NCBI GenBank assembly: GCA_963675755.2
Contig: CAXXMD010000003.1
Span: forward strand, 3,168,001-3,232,000
Direction of reading: 5' to 3'
DNA from: a bacterium
Lineage (GTDB): Bacteria > Zhuqueibacterota > Zhuqueibacteria > Residuimicrobiales > Krinioviventaceae
Length of the DNA stretch: 64,000 nucleotides
The notes beneath the pieces are model-generated. The model made no database searches and was not told where the DNA came from. It saw only the letters and a program-made list of their open reading frames with translations. The translations under genes and the position numbers were made by a program. Positions 10,302-20,376 of this stretch are shown piece after piece (position 1 is the stretch's first letter; each line of letters begins with the position of its first letter).

Positions 10302-11150
10302 ATGAAACTGGGAATTCACGCCTATGCATGGTGCTCGCAATGGACAAATGACGAACTGTATTTGATCGATAAAGTTAAAGAAATGGGACTGGATTTTATA
10401 GAGATCCCACTGATGTGTCTTGACACTTTTGACGCGGATGCCATAAAGGAGCGATTAAAATCCGTTGGATTGGGTGCGGTAACCTCTACCGTGTTGCTTG
10501 GAGATACGGATATAACCAGCGAAGATCCGGAGATCCGCAAAAAAGGTGAAGCGTATCTCAATGATTGTGTAAAAGCAACGCATGCCATTGGCGCCACCAG
10601 TTTTTCAGGGGTAATCTATTCACAGCATGTAAAATCGCTCAAACAGCGCCCGGATGAACGGCACTGGCAGTATTCGGCGGACAGCTTGCGTGGTGTTGCA
10701 CAGCTTGCTCTGGATATGGGTGTGCAAATTGGATTAGAGCCTGTAAACCGTTATGAAACATTTCTGGTGAATACCTGCGAACAGGCACTGTATCTCAAGG
10801 AAATGATCGGAGTAGAAAGTGTCAAGATCCATCTGGATACCTATCACATGAATATTGAAGAAAAGAGTTTTTATACGGCTACAAAACTGGCGGGTGATGA
10901 TCTGATCCATTATCATTTGTGTGAAAATGACCGGGGCATACCCGGTACCGGTCTTGTAGACTGGGACGGTATTTTTAAAGCGCTGTCTGAAATGAATTAC
11001 AAAGGTAACGCGGCTTTGGAAAGTTTTGTGGATTGTACGGACAATATGAATACCTGGGTTTGGCGTCAGCTTGCACCCAATGGCGACACGCTTTTAAAAG
11101 AAGGCGTTGCTTTTATTCAGCAAAAGCAAAAAGAATATGGATTGGTATAA
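10302..11150 (+). CDS. Sugar phosphate isomerase/epimerase (D-psicose/D-tagatose 3-epimerase family)
   Basis: LEPVNRYE, HLDTYHMNIEE, HLCENDRGIPGTG and ALESF motifs; strong SD GGAGG. Confidence 0.9.
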   Translation: MKLGIHAYAWCSQWTNDELYLIDKVKEMGLDFIEIPLMCLDTFDADAIKERLKSVGLGAVTSTVLLGDTDITSEDPEIRKKGEAYLNDCVKATHAIGATSFSGVIYSQHVKSLKQRPDERHWQYSADSLRGVAQLALDMGVQIGLEPVNRYETFLVNTCEQALYLKEMIGVESVKIHLDTYHMNIEEKSFYTATKLAGDDLIHYHLCENDRGIPGTGLVDWDGIFKALSEMNYKGNAALESFVDCTDNMNTWVWRQLAPNGDTLLKEGVAFIQQKQKEYGLV

Positions 11151-11176
11151 ACCAGGATAGAGATGTTAAATTTTAA

Positions 11177-11207
11177 GGTTACAAGGCAGAGCCTTGTAAC
11201 CAGTAAG
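11177..11207. repeat. REP-like palindrome copy 2
   Basis: GGTTACAAGGCAGAGCCTTGTAACCAGTAAG, followed by a degenerate partial copy to about 11235. Confidence 0.9.
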
Positions 11208-11383
11208 TGAGGGTGGAATCTTGTAGTCAGTAAGGGGGTTAGAGTTTTGTATTATGACAAATCGGACAGCTTCCCCCTTGAACCGTAACCGGAGCCTGAG
11301 TTTGATTGCATTCGCTAAAGGAGAATGCAATCGAGTATCGAAGGCCCGGTTTTAATCTTGTAATGATTTGATAGATTGGAAGA

Positions 11384-11458
11384 GGTTACAAGGCAGAGCC
11401 TTGTAACCAGTAAGAGGCAGAGCCTTGTAACCAGTAAGAGGCAGAGCCTTGTAACCAA
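11384..11458. repeat. REP-like palindrome copy 3 with a 24-bp tandem expansion (x3)
   Basis: AGGCAGAGCCTTGTAACCAGTAAG at 11391, 11415 and 11439 (last copy partial). Confidence 0.9.
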
Positions 11459-11473
11459 TAAAGAATTACATTA

Positions 11474-12352
11474 TTAATGCTGATGAAAAGCGTCCGAGAC
11501 GAATTTCAATACCTGGGGCAGGGATTCCCGCCAATACGTCCAATTATGGGCGCCGTCACGGATGCGGAATTCGTGCGGAATTTCCCGCTCGCGCATGGTG
11601 ATGTGGATGAGCGAATTGCCTTCATAGAGAAAATCGTCATCGCCACAGTCAATATACCAGCGCACGGATTTTAAACTGTCCATCGGCATGTTGGCCATCA
11701 TATATACTGAACTGTATTTCTGGTAATAAGCCTCAAGCTCTTTGTCGCTGTATTTACGATTTTTGTCCTGAGAATAGCGTTCAAGACGATCTTTAAGGTT
11801 CTCTACACTGGATGGCCCGGTTGCCGCGCTTAGCGGACAGGCAGATGAGAATAATTCAGGATGATGGAGCGCATAGGTAAACGTTCCATGTCCGCCCATG
11901 GAGAGACCTGCAACGGCACGGTAGCGTTTTTTTGCCTTGATGCGCCAGTTTGCTTCTACATAGGGCAAGAGTTCCTGAAAAAAGAAATCTTCATAGCGCC
12001 ACTCTCCCGAAAGGTCGTTGACGTATCCGCGCCTGCCGGTATCGGCATCGGGCATGACAATGATCATGGGCGTTGCGGTTCCGTCTTTGATAGCATTATC
12101 TGCAATGCGCAATACTTCGCCAAACTGGATCCACCCGGTCTGGTCATCACCTGAGCCATGCAGCAAGTAGAGCACAGGATACGAACGCTGTGAGGTTTCA
12201 TAATCCGGGGGGAGATAGATGGCAAACTTGCGCTCCATGTTCAGGATCATACTGTTCATAGACAGTTCGTCAAACACCTGACCGGTTTGTGCGGGAAGAA
12301 CCAGAGGGACCAGAATGAATATAGCAAGAACATAGATAAGGTTTCTATTCAT
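11474..12352 (-). CDS. Secreted esterase (alpha/beta hydrolase, CE1-like)
   Basis: YPVLYLLHG, nucleophile elbow GLSMGG, DCGDDD, GAHNWTYW. Confidence 0.9.
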   Translation of the reverse strand: MNRNLIYVLAIFILVPLVLPAQTGQVFDELSMNSMILNMERKFAIYLPPDYETSQRSYPVLYLLHGSGDDQTGWIQFGEVLRIADNAIKDGTATPMIIVMPDADTGRRGYVNDLSGEWRYEDFFFQELLPYVEANWRIKAKKRYRAVAGLSMGGHGTFTYALHHPELFSSACPLSAATGPSSVENLKDRLERYSQDKNRKYSDKELEAYYQKYSSVYMMANMPMDSLKSVRWYIDCGDDDFLYEGNSLIHITMREREIPHEFRIRDGAHNWTYWRESLPQVLKFVSDAFHQH

Positions 12353-12448
12353 ATCGCAATTCCTTTATTATTGTGAAATACAGGTATGAAATAGTATAGT
12401 TTATATGGGGGATAAAATCAATAAAAATTGTGTGGGGTTTAAAGAAAT

Positions 12449-12477
12449 AAAAAAAATCCCCGCCAGGGCGGGGATTT
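12449..12477 (-). terminator. Rho-independent terminator
   Basis: AAATCCCCGCC-AG-GGCGGGGATTT with an A8 tract on its left, just after the minus-strand gene. Confidence 0.8.
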
Positions 12478-12482
12478 GAAAT

Positions 12483-14546
12483 TTAGAAATATTTTTTATC
12501 AAGCTGCTTTGCAAGTGCAAGTAACCTGTCTGACAATTGAACGGCAGTTGAAAATGTGAATTTCTCGTTATGCCAGTTGTCCCACAGGGTTTGCAGCTCT
12601 GTTGCAATTTTTACATCTTTTAAATCTTTAAATTTCTCAACAAACTGTTTGGTTGCTGTGGGTTTGTGGTTAACATAGATCTGCTGTGATTCCAGGGCAA
12701 GCTTGTTCAGTGTCATACCATTCCATATGGTGATGAATGTCAGAATATCTGCGGCAGGCGATTTTTCCAGACCATAAAGCGTGTCTTTTAGGGAATTGAT
12801 ATAGGCCGTTTCACCGTTTTTATATTGGGATTGAAGGTTTTGCAGCCCTTTATAAAAGCCCGGCCATTTTGCACGTGTGTCACGTTCAAGCATCTCTTTT
12901 AGTTTGTCTTTTTGCGGATACAGTTCTTCAGTTATTTTCCCTTCCGCATACGCTTTTTCGATCAGGTAAAAAAGCTCGTCCATGTGTACCAGCTCCACTT
13001 TATCAGCCGGGAACTGATCCATTGCCGCTTTGATTTTACCCATGCTTACCGAGTGATTGCCAATACAGTTGATGAATAAAGGACGGTTGGGACAGGCGTC
13101 AATAAACTCTTTAAAGACCTTGAACACATCATCACCGCGGTGAATGCCTTCACCAAAAAAGATGTCGGGTTTGCCGTTGCCTATAAAATGTTTTTCAAAT
13201 GCAGATTCTCCCATGCCTCTCATAAAGCCTTTTACATCCGGCATGGTTTCGCACTGGGTTTCGTAAAATCCCGGTACAACTGCTTCCTGCCACCAATCCC
13301 GGTCATTCCAGTTTGCTATATGTACTTCTGTAATACCGCATTTTTTCATATAATCGTTGGTCAGTTTCAGGAATTTTTTCGGGTCGGGATGAAGATGCGG
13401 ATACGTATAAGTCGCTCCGGATGATGCGGCAACAAAATAATCCGTGGGGCCCAGGTTTTCAAAATAGTATTTTACCTGTGCCGGCATAAAATCGTATGCA
13501 AGCGGCATAAATCCCCAGTTGTATTTTATTTTTCCGCGAGTGGGATCAGCCCAATCCTTTACCACATGGTTCTCTACAAACCAGGCAGCGTCTCCATCTG
13601 TTGTCATGTATGCGATATAGACCTTGTTCTCTAGTTTTAAATTCTTTTTATCAAGCGGACGCTGTTTAAAATTATAATCAGGAACCGGCATGCTTGAATG
13701 CACCGACATGTTTGTTGTATTCAGATTGCACATGCCATATATACCAAATTCTGCTGACAGGGCAATGGCCTCGTGTTCATTGTCGCGCGCGCAATGCCAT
13801 CCGATGACATATGCTTCCTCGGGATATTCCTGATAAATCTTTTTGATCAGGTTATAGTCCGCCTTGTCCCGCTCAGAGGTAGACATGTCGAATGAAAATA
13901 TATTATGGGCCATTACATAATCACGGTTGGTAAAGGTGGAAACGGGAAAATGCGGAACATGGATGCACAACTGGGCTACTACTTTTTTATTACACTTGGG
14001 TAAAAGTTCTTTTCTGGCCCATTCATAGGCGGTCAGATGGTCTGGCGCTTTATCGGACATGTCTGCTTTTTGTTGTAATCCGAATTCTTGAGCAAGAGCG
14101 AGCTGTTCACGGGTTACCGGCAGCAAGTTGTTTAATGCACCATATGTGGTTGCCAGATTCAACGAGTGGGGTTTGGCATTGTCGTACAAAACTGTTCCCG
14201 AGATTTCTTTCGCAAACAGTTTAAACAAGTCTTTGATTGAATCAACTTTTTCATAGTCAATATTGTATTCATCCCGGTAATGGTCTAGCCAGAACTGGTC
14301 CTGTTTGTTATAAACAATATAGACACGGGTATTGTTTCTGTTGATCAATCCTTGAAAACATGTGGTTAAATTTTTGGTTTGCCAGTCTGTTTTATAATCA
14401 AGCGAGATTGCCCATAATTTTTCAGGCATTTTGCCATGCGGCATTATACGTTCATAGCCAGGGGAACTGCTGCATTTTAGCCAGGGAGCGGCGGACAGTG
14501 CAGCACCTGATGCAGTCATGGTTCTGAGAAAAGTACGACGTTTCAT
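12483..14546 (-). CDS. Tat-exported GxGYxYP-family putative glycoside hydrolase
   Basis: MKRRTFL twin-arginine start with SD GGAGG; QGLINR, DGD, and the variant motif SSGATYTYP. Confidence 0.72.
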   Translation of the reverse strand: MKRRTFLRTMTASGAALSAAPWLKCSSSPGYERIMPHGKMPEKLWAISLDYKTDWQTKNLTTCFQGLINRNNTRVYIVYNKQDQFWLDHYRDEYNIDYEKVDSIKDLFKLFAKEISGTVLYDNAKPHSLNLATTYGALNNLLPVTREQLALAQEFGLQQKADMSDKAPDHLTAYEWARKELLPKCNKKVVAQLCIHVPHFPVSTFTNRDYVMAHNIFSFDMSTSERDKADYNLIKKIYQEYPEEAYVIGWHCARDNEHEAIALSAEFGIYGMCNLNTTNMSVHSSMPVPDYNFKQRPLDKKNLKLENKVYIAYMTTDGDAAWFVENHVVKDWADPTRGKIKYNWGFMPLAYDFMPAQVKYYFENLGPTDYFVAASSGATYTYPHLHPDPKKFLKLTNDYMKKCGITEVHIANWNDRDWWQEAVVPGFYETQCETMPDVKGFMRGMGESAFEKHFIGNGKPDIFFGEGIHRGDDVFKVFKEFIDACPNRPLFINCIGNHSVSMGKIKAAMDQFPADKVELVHMDELFYLIEKAYAEGKITEELYPQKDKLKEMLERDTRAKWPGFYKGLQNLQSQYKNGETAYINSLKDTLYGLEKSPAADILTFITIWNGMTLNKLALESQQIYVNHKPTATKQFVEKFKDLKDVKIATELQTLWDNWHNEKFTFSTAVQLSDRLLALAKQLDKKYF

Positions 14547-14774
14547 GCATCCTCCGGGATTGTGGATCGTCATTCGCTATTTTTTTTGTAAAAAAGATAT
14601 AATTCAAGATAGTGTGTATTTTGGGAAAAACAAGAAGTATAATGAATTGATTCAAGAGTTAACAATTTTTTACCAGTATTTTGCATACCCTGATATTGTT
14701 TGTTTGGGAATATTTTATTACTTTTAGACGGTCAAAGGATTCTTAGTCTACTTTACAAAATTAAAGGATCCGTT

Positions 14775-16409
14775 ATGAAAAAAATGTTGTATCTGTGCCT
14801 GCTGGTTTTTCTATCTTTTCAATCCATTTTTGCGGCAAAGGGAGATTCTCTCTGCTTTCACAAGATTGTAAGAGATAATAAAGGTTTTATGCTTTCCTGG
14901 TATCAACCGGAAACAGATGGCGCAGCGTTTACTCACGTAGCAAAACTTGCAACGGAATTTATTAAAACAAAATGTCCGGTAGAACCCAAAACCGGCAAAC
15001 CTTTATATTATCTGTTTTGTGAATTCCCACACCCCTCAACCGATGATAATTTTTTCTCTGGTACGGTTGCGCGTTATACGCTTCCCAATAATCCCGCTTG
15101 TGTGTTTGCAGGATTAACGCAGAGCCTGGCTGTAGATTATTATCCGTTTTATGGTGATGAATCGGTATTGCAAATTGTACAGGATATACTGGACCATATG
15201 ATTAAATATGGTACTACTCCTGTGGATTGGAAATGGGGCGGGTGTCCCTATGCCAGCAGCGATCCGGGTGAAACCGTATATGCCGGCGGTACCCAATGGC
15301 AGGATGAAGGTCGCGGAGACGGACCGGGTGTTCTGGAACCGGACAAAATTGGTGAAATGGGTGTTGCGTACCTGCAATTTTACCAGATTACAGAGAATAA
15401 TAAATATCTCGATGCGGCAGTTGCCTGCGCAAGCGCACTGGCTAAAAATGTAATAAAAGGGGATATCCACAAATCTCCATGGCCATATCGCGTGAATGGT
15501 AAAACCGGCGAGGATGTGGAATCGTATTGCTCGAATGTACTGCCATCTATCATGCTGTTTGATGATCTGGAGCGGATCAAAGATTATATTGATGTACCCC
15601 CAGTGCAGCTCGAAAGTTTTCAAAAGGCCAGAGAGATTGCCTGGAACTGGTTGTTCTCAAAATCCGGTCCCATGAAGACCTTTATCTGGAAAGGGTACTT
15701 TGAAGATTGTCCCATTGATGCCGATAATAGTAATCGTGTTCAGGTAACTGCTGTTGAAACCGCAAGATATCTGTTGCAGCACCCGGAATTTGATCCTTTT
15801 TACAAAGAGAATGTATCTGCGCTGTTAAAATGGAGTGACAGTGTGTTTGGTACTGATGGTTCCATGGGCTATAACGCGCAATGCGAGCAATTGATCTGTT
15901 ATCAACCAATGGGCAGCCACACTGCCAGATACGCATCCGTGTGCGCCATGTGGTACGCGCTGACCGGTATTGAAGCGTACAAAACCGAAGCGCTGGAGAA
16001 TTTCAACTGGGCCACCTATTGTTGTGACAATGAGGGTGTTGTATCGGTGGGGCCACGATGGCTGGGCGCCTGGTTTTCGGATGGTTACGGCGATTATATA
16101 AAGCACTTTTTTGACGGCATGCAGGCTGTTCCCGAATGGGCACCGGCAGGAGAAAATCATCTGCTGGGTTCTTCAAGTTTGGTGCAGTCAATCAAGTATG
16201 ATGAAACAGAAATCCAATATCGCACGTTTTTACCCCAATCGGTAGAAACGCTCAAGCTTAACAAACAACCCAAAGCGGTAACTGTCGACGGCAAGCCGCT
16301 GGCTATGCTCACCGAAGTGGCAGAAGGCTGGAACTGGCAGCCTTGCGGCAATGATGGCGTTGTACGAATTGAGCATACAAACGGACGGGAGGTCCGTATC
16401 GTGTTCTAG
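14775..16409 (+). CDS. Secreted hypothetical protein, six-hairpin glycosidase-like
   Basis: Signal peptide MKKMLYLCLL...; EPDKIGE, YLDAAVACASAL and YFED helical pattern. Confidence 0.6.
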   Translation: MKKMLYLCLLVFLSFQSIFAAKGDSLCFHKIVRDNKGFMLSWYQPETDGAAFTHVAKLATEFIKTKCPVEPKTGKPLYYLFCEFPHPSTDDNFFSGTVARYTLPNNPACVFAGLTQSLAVDYYPFYGDESVLQIVQDILDHMIKYGTTPVDWKWGGCPYASSDPGETVYAGGTQWQDEGRGDGPGVLEPDKIGEMGVAYLQFYQITENNKYLDAAVACASALAKNVIKGDIHKSPWPYRVNGKTGEDVESYCSNVLPSIMLFDDLERIKDYIDVPPVQLESFQKAREIAWNWLFSKSGPMKTFIWKGYFEDCPIDADNSNRVQVTAVETARYLLQHPEFDPFYKENVSALLKWSDSVFGTDGSMGYNAQCEQLICYQPMGSHTARYASVCAMWYALTGIEAYKTEALENFNWATYCCDNEGVVSVGPRWLGAWFSDGYGDYIKHFFDGMQAVPEWAPAGENHLLGSSSLVQSIKYDETEIQYRTFLPQSVETLKLNKQPKAVTVDGKPLAMLTEVAEGWNWQPCGNDGVVRIEHTNGREVRIVF

Positions 16410-16427
16410 AAAAGCAGGAGGAGTGTT

Positions 16428-17309
16428 ATGAGATTTTTAACAGCGTACTGTTTTTTGAGCATATTTATATTTTTCAGTTGTAACCAATATTCTAAAATAC
16501 AAAAACCTTTTAGTTATTTTAATCAGCAACCGCCCGGCTTACAGCCGGAGCGGTTTGCTTCCGATGTGTTTAATCAATCCGGCTACATGCTGCATGGGTA
16601 TCCCACTTTTTCTCCTGACGCGCAAGAGGTGTACTGGCCGGTTGTACCACCTCGGATTTTCCATATAAAACAAAATGATGCCGGCGTGTCTGCTCCACAG
16701 ATAGCGTCATTTACAGCGGGAAATATGCAGGCACCGTTTTATGCACCCGATTCTGACAGAATCTACTTTCAATTGTCCCACAAGGCAGGATATGGATCGT
16801 TGGATATTTGCTATGTCGAAAAAATGGACACCACATGGGGAGCCATAGAAACCCTGCCAATGCCGCCCAATTCACCCAAGCTTGAATCGCAGCCCTCTTT
16901 GTGCCGTAACGGGAATCTCTATTTTACCGGATTTTATGAAAAGGGTATGTTGAATCGCGGTATCTATCGCAGTCAATACAAAAGCGGTAAATTTATGGGA
17001 CCCGAACTGTTACCGGAAATTATCAACACCTCCGCATTGGACTATACACCCTTTATTGCACCGGACGAATCGTTTCTGCTTTTTGCCTCTACCCGTGAGG
17101 GGGAAGAAGAAGAGGCGATCCGGTTGTTTGTCAGTTTTCATAACACAGATGATACCTGGACTGAACCTGTAAATCTGAACAAAATTATGCAATTCGACCA
17201 GCCCAGCCGCTTTCCCTGTCTTACACCCGATGGTATGTACATTGTCTTTCAGAGCGGCCAGGAGTATTACTGGGTAAGTGCAGAGATTTTAGAGCAGTGC
17301 AAGGTATAA
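16428..17309 (+). CDS. PD40/TolB-like beta-propeller lipoprotein
   Basis: Lipobox FFSC; repeats PTFSPD, PFIAPDESFLLFAS and PCLTPDG. Confidence 0.8.
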   Translation: MRFLTAYCFLSIFIFFSCNQYSKIQKPFSYFNQQPPGLQPERFASDVFNQSGYMLHGYPTFSPDAQEVYWPVVPPRIFHIKQNDAGVSAPQIASFTAGNMQAPFYAPDSDRIYFQLSHKAGYGSLDICYVEKMDTTWGAIETLPMPPNSPKLESQPSLCRNGNLYFTGFYEKGMLNRGIYRSQYKSGKFMGPELLPEIINTSALDYTPFIAPDESFLLFASTREGEEEEAIRLFVSFHNTDDTWTEPVNLNKIMQFDQPSRFPCLTPDGMYIVFQSGQEYYWVSAEILEQCKV

Positions 17310-17377
17310 ACCTCATATCCATAAATTGGGGATGTATTGTATGGTATTCTAATGAATCATTTAAATAGGACCAAATA

Positions 17378-18961
17378 ATGAAAATTTCAAGACGAACGTT
17401 TTTAGCTTCATCTACAGCAGTGTTGGGTGTTATGGCTTTTCCGGTTTGCAAGTCCAATAATGCTTCGCCTCGCAGTTACCAGGTTTGTTTATCTGTGGAT
17501 ACCATTGAGAATAATCCTGAGCTCCTTGCAACCATTGCAGATGCCGGGTGTAAGGTTGTCTGGATTGGCGCGTTTTTCTATGGATATTGGCCGGTAAGTA
17601 TAGAAAAACTGGTGAATGCCCGAAAACGTGTGAATGCAATGGGCATGGAGGCCCTGATTATCAATATTCCACTGGGGCATCCCGGTGATTCGCTGGGCTC
17701 CAAAGACGGTGATTTCCCATTAACACCTCCTATGCATTGGAAGACCGCAGTGCATTTTGACGGACATGTATATTCCGGCACCTCTTTGCACAAGCCCGCT
17801 ACTAGTGAAAATGTACAAGCCGTCAAAGAGCTAAAAGACGCTGGTTTTTCTACAATACTTTTGGATGATGATTTTCGTCTGGCTACAGGACCGGGGCAGA
17901 TTGGCGGATGTTATTGTGATTTTCATCGTGACTGGTTTTTAAATAGTAATGGATATGCTGCAAGTCGTTGGAATGAATTGCTAAATGATGCACAGCAAAG
18001 ACGGTTTACGCCTCTGTTAAGGTCATGGGTGGATTTTACTACATCTCAATTAACAGATTGTTTCAACCAACAGCAGCAAGTTATAGGAGAACAGAACCTG
18101 GGTATTATGGTAATGTATCTCGGTTCGGAAAAAGCCGGTATCGCTCTGGATGAATATACGAATGTTCCTTTCAGGGTGGGAGAGCTGATGTTTGATGATA
18201 AATCCTTTGCCCGTGTCAAGGGAAAAACCGACGAGCTTTACAGTGCGCTGTTTCATCGTCGTTTTACACAGCCAGAGCTCGCCTGGAGTGAGACCACAGC
18301 TTTTCCGCATGATAACCTCTCTGCAAAAAATGTAGCTGCCAAATTGACTGTTTCTACTATTGCAGATGTAAGGAATACCTGTTTTATGAGTGGAATGCAG
18401 CCTTATCCGATTTCATATTGGGAAACTTTGAAACCTGCAATGCAAACACAGTCTGAATTCCATTCTGTTTTGGCGGAGCACAAACCCCAGGGTCCGTTCA
18501 AACATTGGCGGGGATTGCCAGAACGATATGTAGGAAAAGACAAGCCTTTTAGTCAGTGGCTGGCTACAGGTGTTCCGTTTGAACTGTGTGACAATCTGCC
18601 GCAGGATGGATGGACCTTTTTATCCGAAGCCGATGCTGTTCATCTCACGGATCAGGAACTCGGGTCCGGCACGCGTTTTATTGCACAGCCTGCTGAGGGA
18701 TTGCACACTGAAATCGAGCAAATAAAAGAAGCATTGCCAGAGATGTTTGCGCTCAAAGCCCGGATTTTACCGCAATTAAAACAGACTCCATTTATTGTGC
18801 AGGATATTCCGGCAGTATGCGCCTGGTACCCCACAGCCAAAGCTGTGCTGGTATGGAACCTGACCGAACAGCAGCAAAGGCTTACCGTACAAATGGATGA
18901 GAAACAACACGAGCTGTTATTGGGTCCGCTGGAATCCGGATTGGTTCGGGATTTGGGATAA
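17378..18961 (+). CDS. Tat-exported hypothetical protein, possible TIM-barrel glycoside hydrolase
   Basis: ISRRTFL signal; ILLDDDFR followed by GCYCDFH, resembling GH42/GH-like metal motifs. Confidence 0.55.
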   Translation: MKISRRTFLASSTAVLGVMAFPVCKSNNASPRSYQVCLSVDTIENNPELLATIADAGCKVVWIGAFFYGYWPVSIEKLVNARKRVNAMGMEALIINIPLGHPGDSLGSKDGDFPLTPPMHWKTAVHFDGHVYSGTSLHKPATSENVQAVKELKDAGFSTILLDDDFRLATGPGQIGGCYCDFHRDWFLNSNGYAASRWNELLNDAQQRRFTPLLRSWVDFTTSQLTDCFNQQQQVIGEQNLGIMVMYLGSEKAGIALDEYTNVPFRVGELMFDDKSFARVKGKTDELYSALFHRRFTQPELAWSETTAFPHDNLSAKNVAAKLTVSTIADVRNTCFMSGMQPYPISYWETLKPAMQTQSEFHSVLAEHKPQGPFKHWRGLPERYVGKDKPFSQWLATGVPFELCDNLPQDGWTFLSEADAVHLTDQELGSGTRFIAQPAEGLHTEIEQIKEALPEMFALKARILPQLKQTPFIVQDIPAVCAWYPTAKAVLVWNLTEQQQRLTVQMDEKQHELLLGPLESGLVRDLG

Positions 18962-18983
18962 AGATGATCTCGGTTTATTGAAA

Positions 18984-19010
18984 GGTTACAAGGCAGAGCC
19001 TTGTAACCAG
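18984..19010. repeat. REP-like palindrome copy 4
   Basis: GGTTACAAGGCAGAGCCTTGTAACCAG. Confidence 0.9.
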
Positions 19011-19070
19011 TGGGGGATAGAAAATTGGGAATAGAATATTGGAAATAGTTTTCATGGTTTTGGAATTCTA

Positions 19071-19099
19071 TTGATAAATGCTGTTAGTTTTTATATTAT
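19071..19099 (+). promoter_or_regulatory. Sigma70-like promoter
   Basis: TTGATA-N17-TATTAT, at the position equivalent to the promoter at 20651. Confidence 0.55.
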
Positions 19100-19234
19100 C
19101 CAAAAGGGAAACAGGTCTTTTATTATTAAAAGTAAAAATTTTATTTTTCGGGGCGACTCACGGGGACTCGGTGATGTACCGGGTGAGACCAAAACTGATA
19201 TTTAATCAACTGAAATAAATATTGAGAGGGGTAT

Positions 19235-20314
19235 ATGCATAGGAATCTGTACTTGATCATTTTATTTGTATTTGCGGTATCAATACTATGTAAACGAATA
19301 CCCACATTGCCGGAAACAGAGCCGGAACCCGGCAGCAGAAATTATATATGGGAACTGGATACTCTGAACTCACCCATGAATTACATAAGTTCAGTTTGGG
19401 GTGCGTCTCCAATGGATGTATGGGCTGTTGGCGGGGGTGGTACCTATAAAGACAGGTTATGGCATTATGATGGTGTTGAGTGGTCTATTTATAATAAAGA
19501 AGCTATAAATGTAGGGGGTATGACCCTTTGGGGCACAGGTCCGAACAATGTTTGGATGGGCGGACAGGGCGGTTGGGGAGTAGAGGGGGCTGCGATCTGG
19601 CATTTTAATGGCAAAGAATGGAGCCAGTTCTATAATTATAAAGTTGATGGCGCTTATATAATTTCTATTGAAAAAATTTGGGGAACATCTGCCAACGATG
19701 TTTATGCTTGTGGAATAATTGATTTTAAAAAAGAGACAATTGATAACTGGCGTGGCTTTGTATTGCATTTTGATGGTAAAAAGTGGAAAGAAATTGTACG
19801 AGCAACCTTTAATTCTCAATTTTTAAAAATAAGGAAAAATGATAATAAAGTCATTGTACAATCTTATGCAATGGATTATGAAAGCAGCGCTCAAGATATA
19901 ATAGCATTTTATCAAATAAGTGATAATAAACTTGATGAAATTTATTCAACAACGCTTAAAGATGTTTATTGGGCCAGTCTTCATGTTATTGATGGAATAA
20001 CCTATTTTGTTGTTGGGGAGGAGATATATTCATATCAAGGAGCAAAGATGATTGAGCAATTTACAATGCCAAATTCTGAATTTAATTGTCAGATATATGG
20101 CAGAAACAAGCTTGATCTTTTTCTTAGTATGAAAGATGGCATTGCGCATTATAATGGTACTGATATTGAGTATTTATATAGATACCCTTATGAACAAATG
20201 GGAAATAATAATGATCCTATGATTTTCAAAAATGAAATATTTTTTTGTGTGTCGAACCCTTACGGGACACCGGAAAATAGTAATTTAATTTTACATGGCA
20301 AGATTTTAAAATAA
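19235..20314 (+). CDS. Putative beta-propeller lipoprotein, paralog A
   Basis: Signal peptide with Cys (SILC); EPGSRNYIWELDTL; repeated WG(A/T)S/GPxxVW blades. Confidence 0.8.
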   Translation: MHRNLYLIILFVFAVSILCKRIPTLPETEPEPGSRNYIWELDTLNSPMNYISSVWGASPMDVWAVGGGGTYKDRLWHYDGVEWSIYNKEAINVGGMTLWGTGPNNVWMGGQGGWGVEGAAIWHFNGKEWSQFYNYKVDGAYIISIEKIWGTSANDVYACGIIDFKKETIDNWRGFVLHFDGKKWKEIVRATFNSQFLKIRKNDNKVIVQSYAMDYESSAQDIIAFYQISDNKLDEIYSTTLKDVYWASLHVIDGITYFVVGEEIYSYQGAKMIEQFTMPNSEFNCQIYGRNKLDLFLSMKDGIAHYNGTDIEYLYRYPYEQMGNNNDPMIFKNEIFFCVSNPYGTPENSNLILHGKILK

Positions 20315-20347
20315 GGAGAATACTGCTAAACCATAAGAATAATTAAT

Positions 20348-20376
20348 CGGAGACAGCGATTGCGGCGCTGTCTCCT
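20348..20376 (+). other. Strong intergenic hairpin (duplicated at 21928-21956)
   Basis: GGAGACAGCG-ATTGCGG-CGCTGTCTCC, a 10-bp stem with no long T-tract. Confidence 0.7.

Noticed and set aside
11384-11458. Possible CRISPR array (24-bp repeats)
   Set aside because: The repeats are directly adjacent with no unique spacers, no cas genes are present, and the unit is part of the dispersed REP palindrome.
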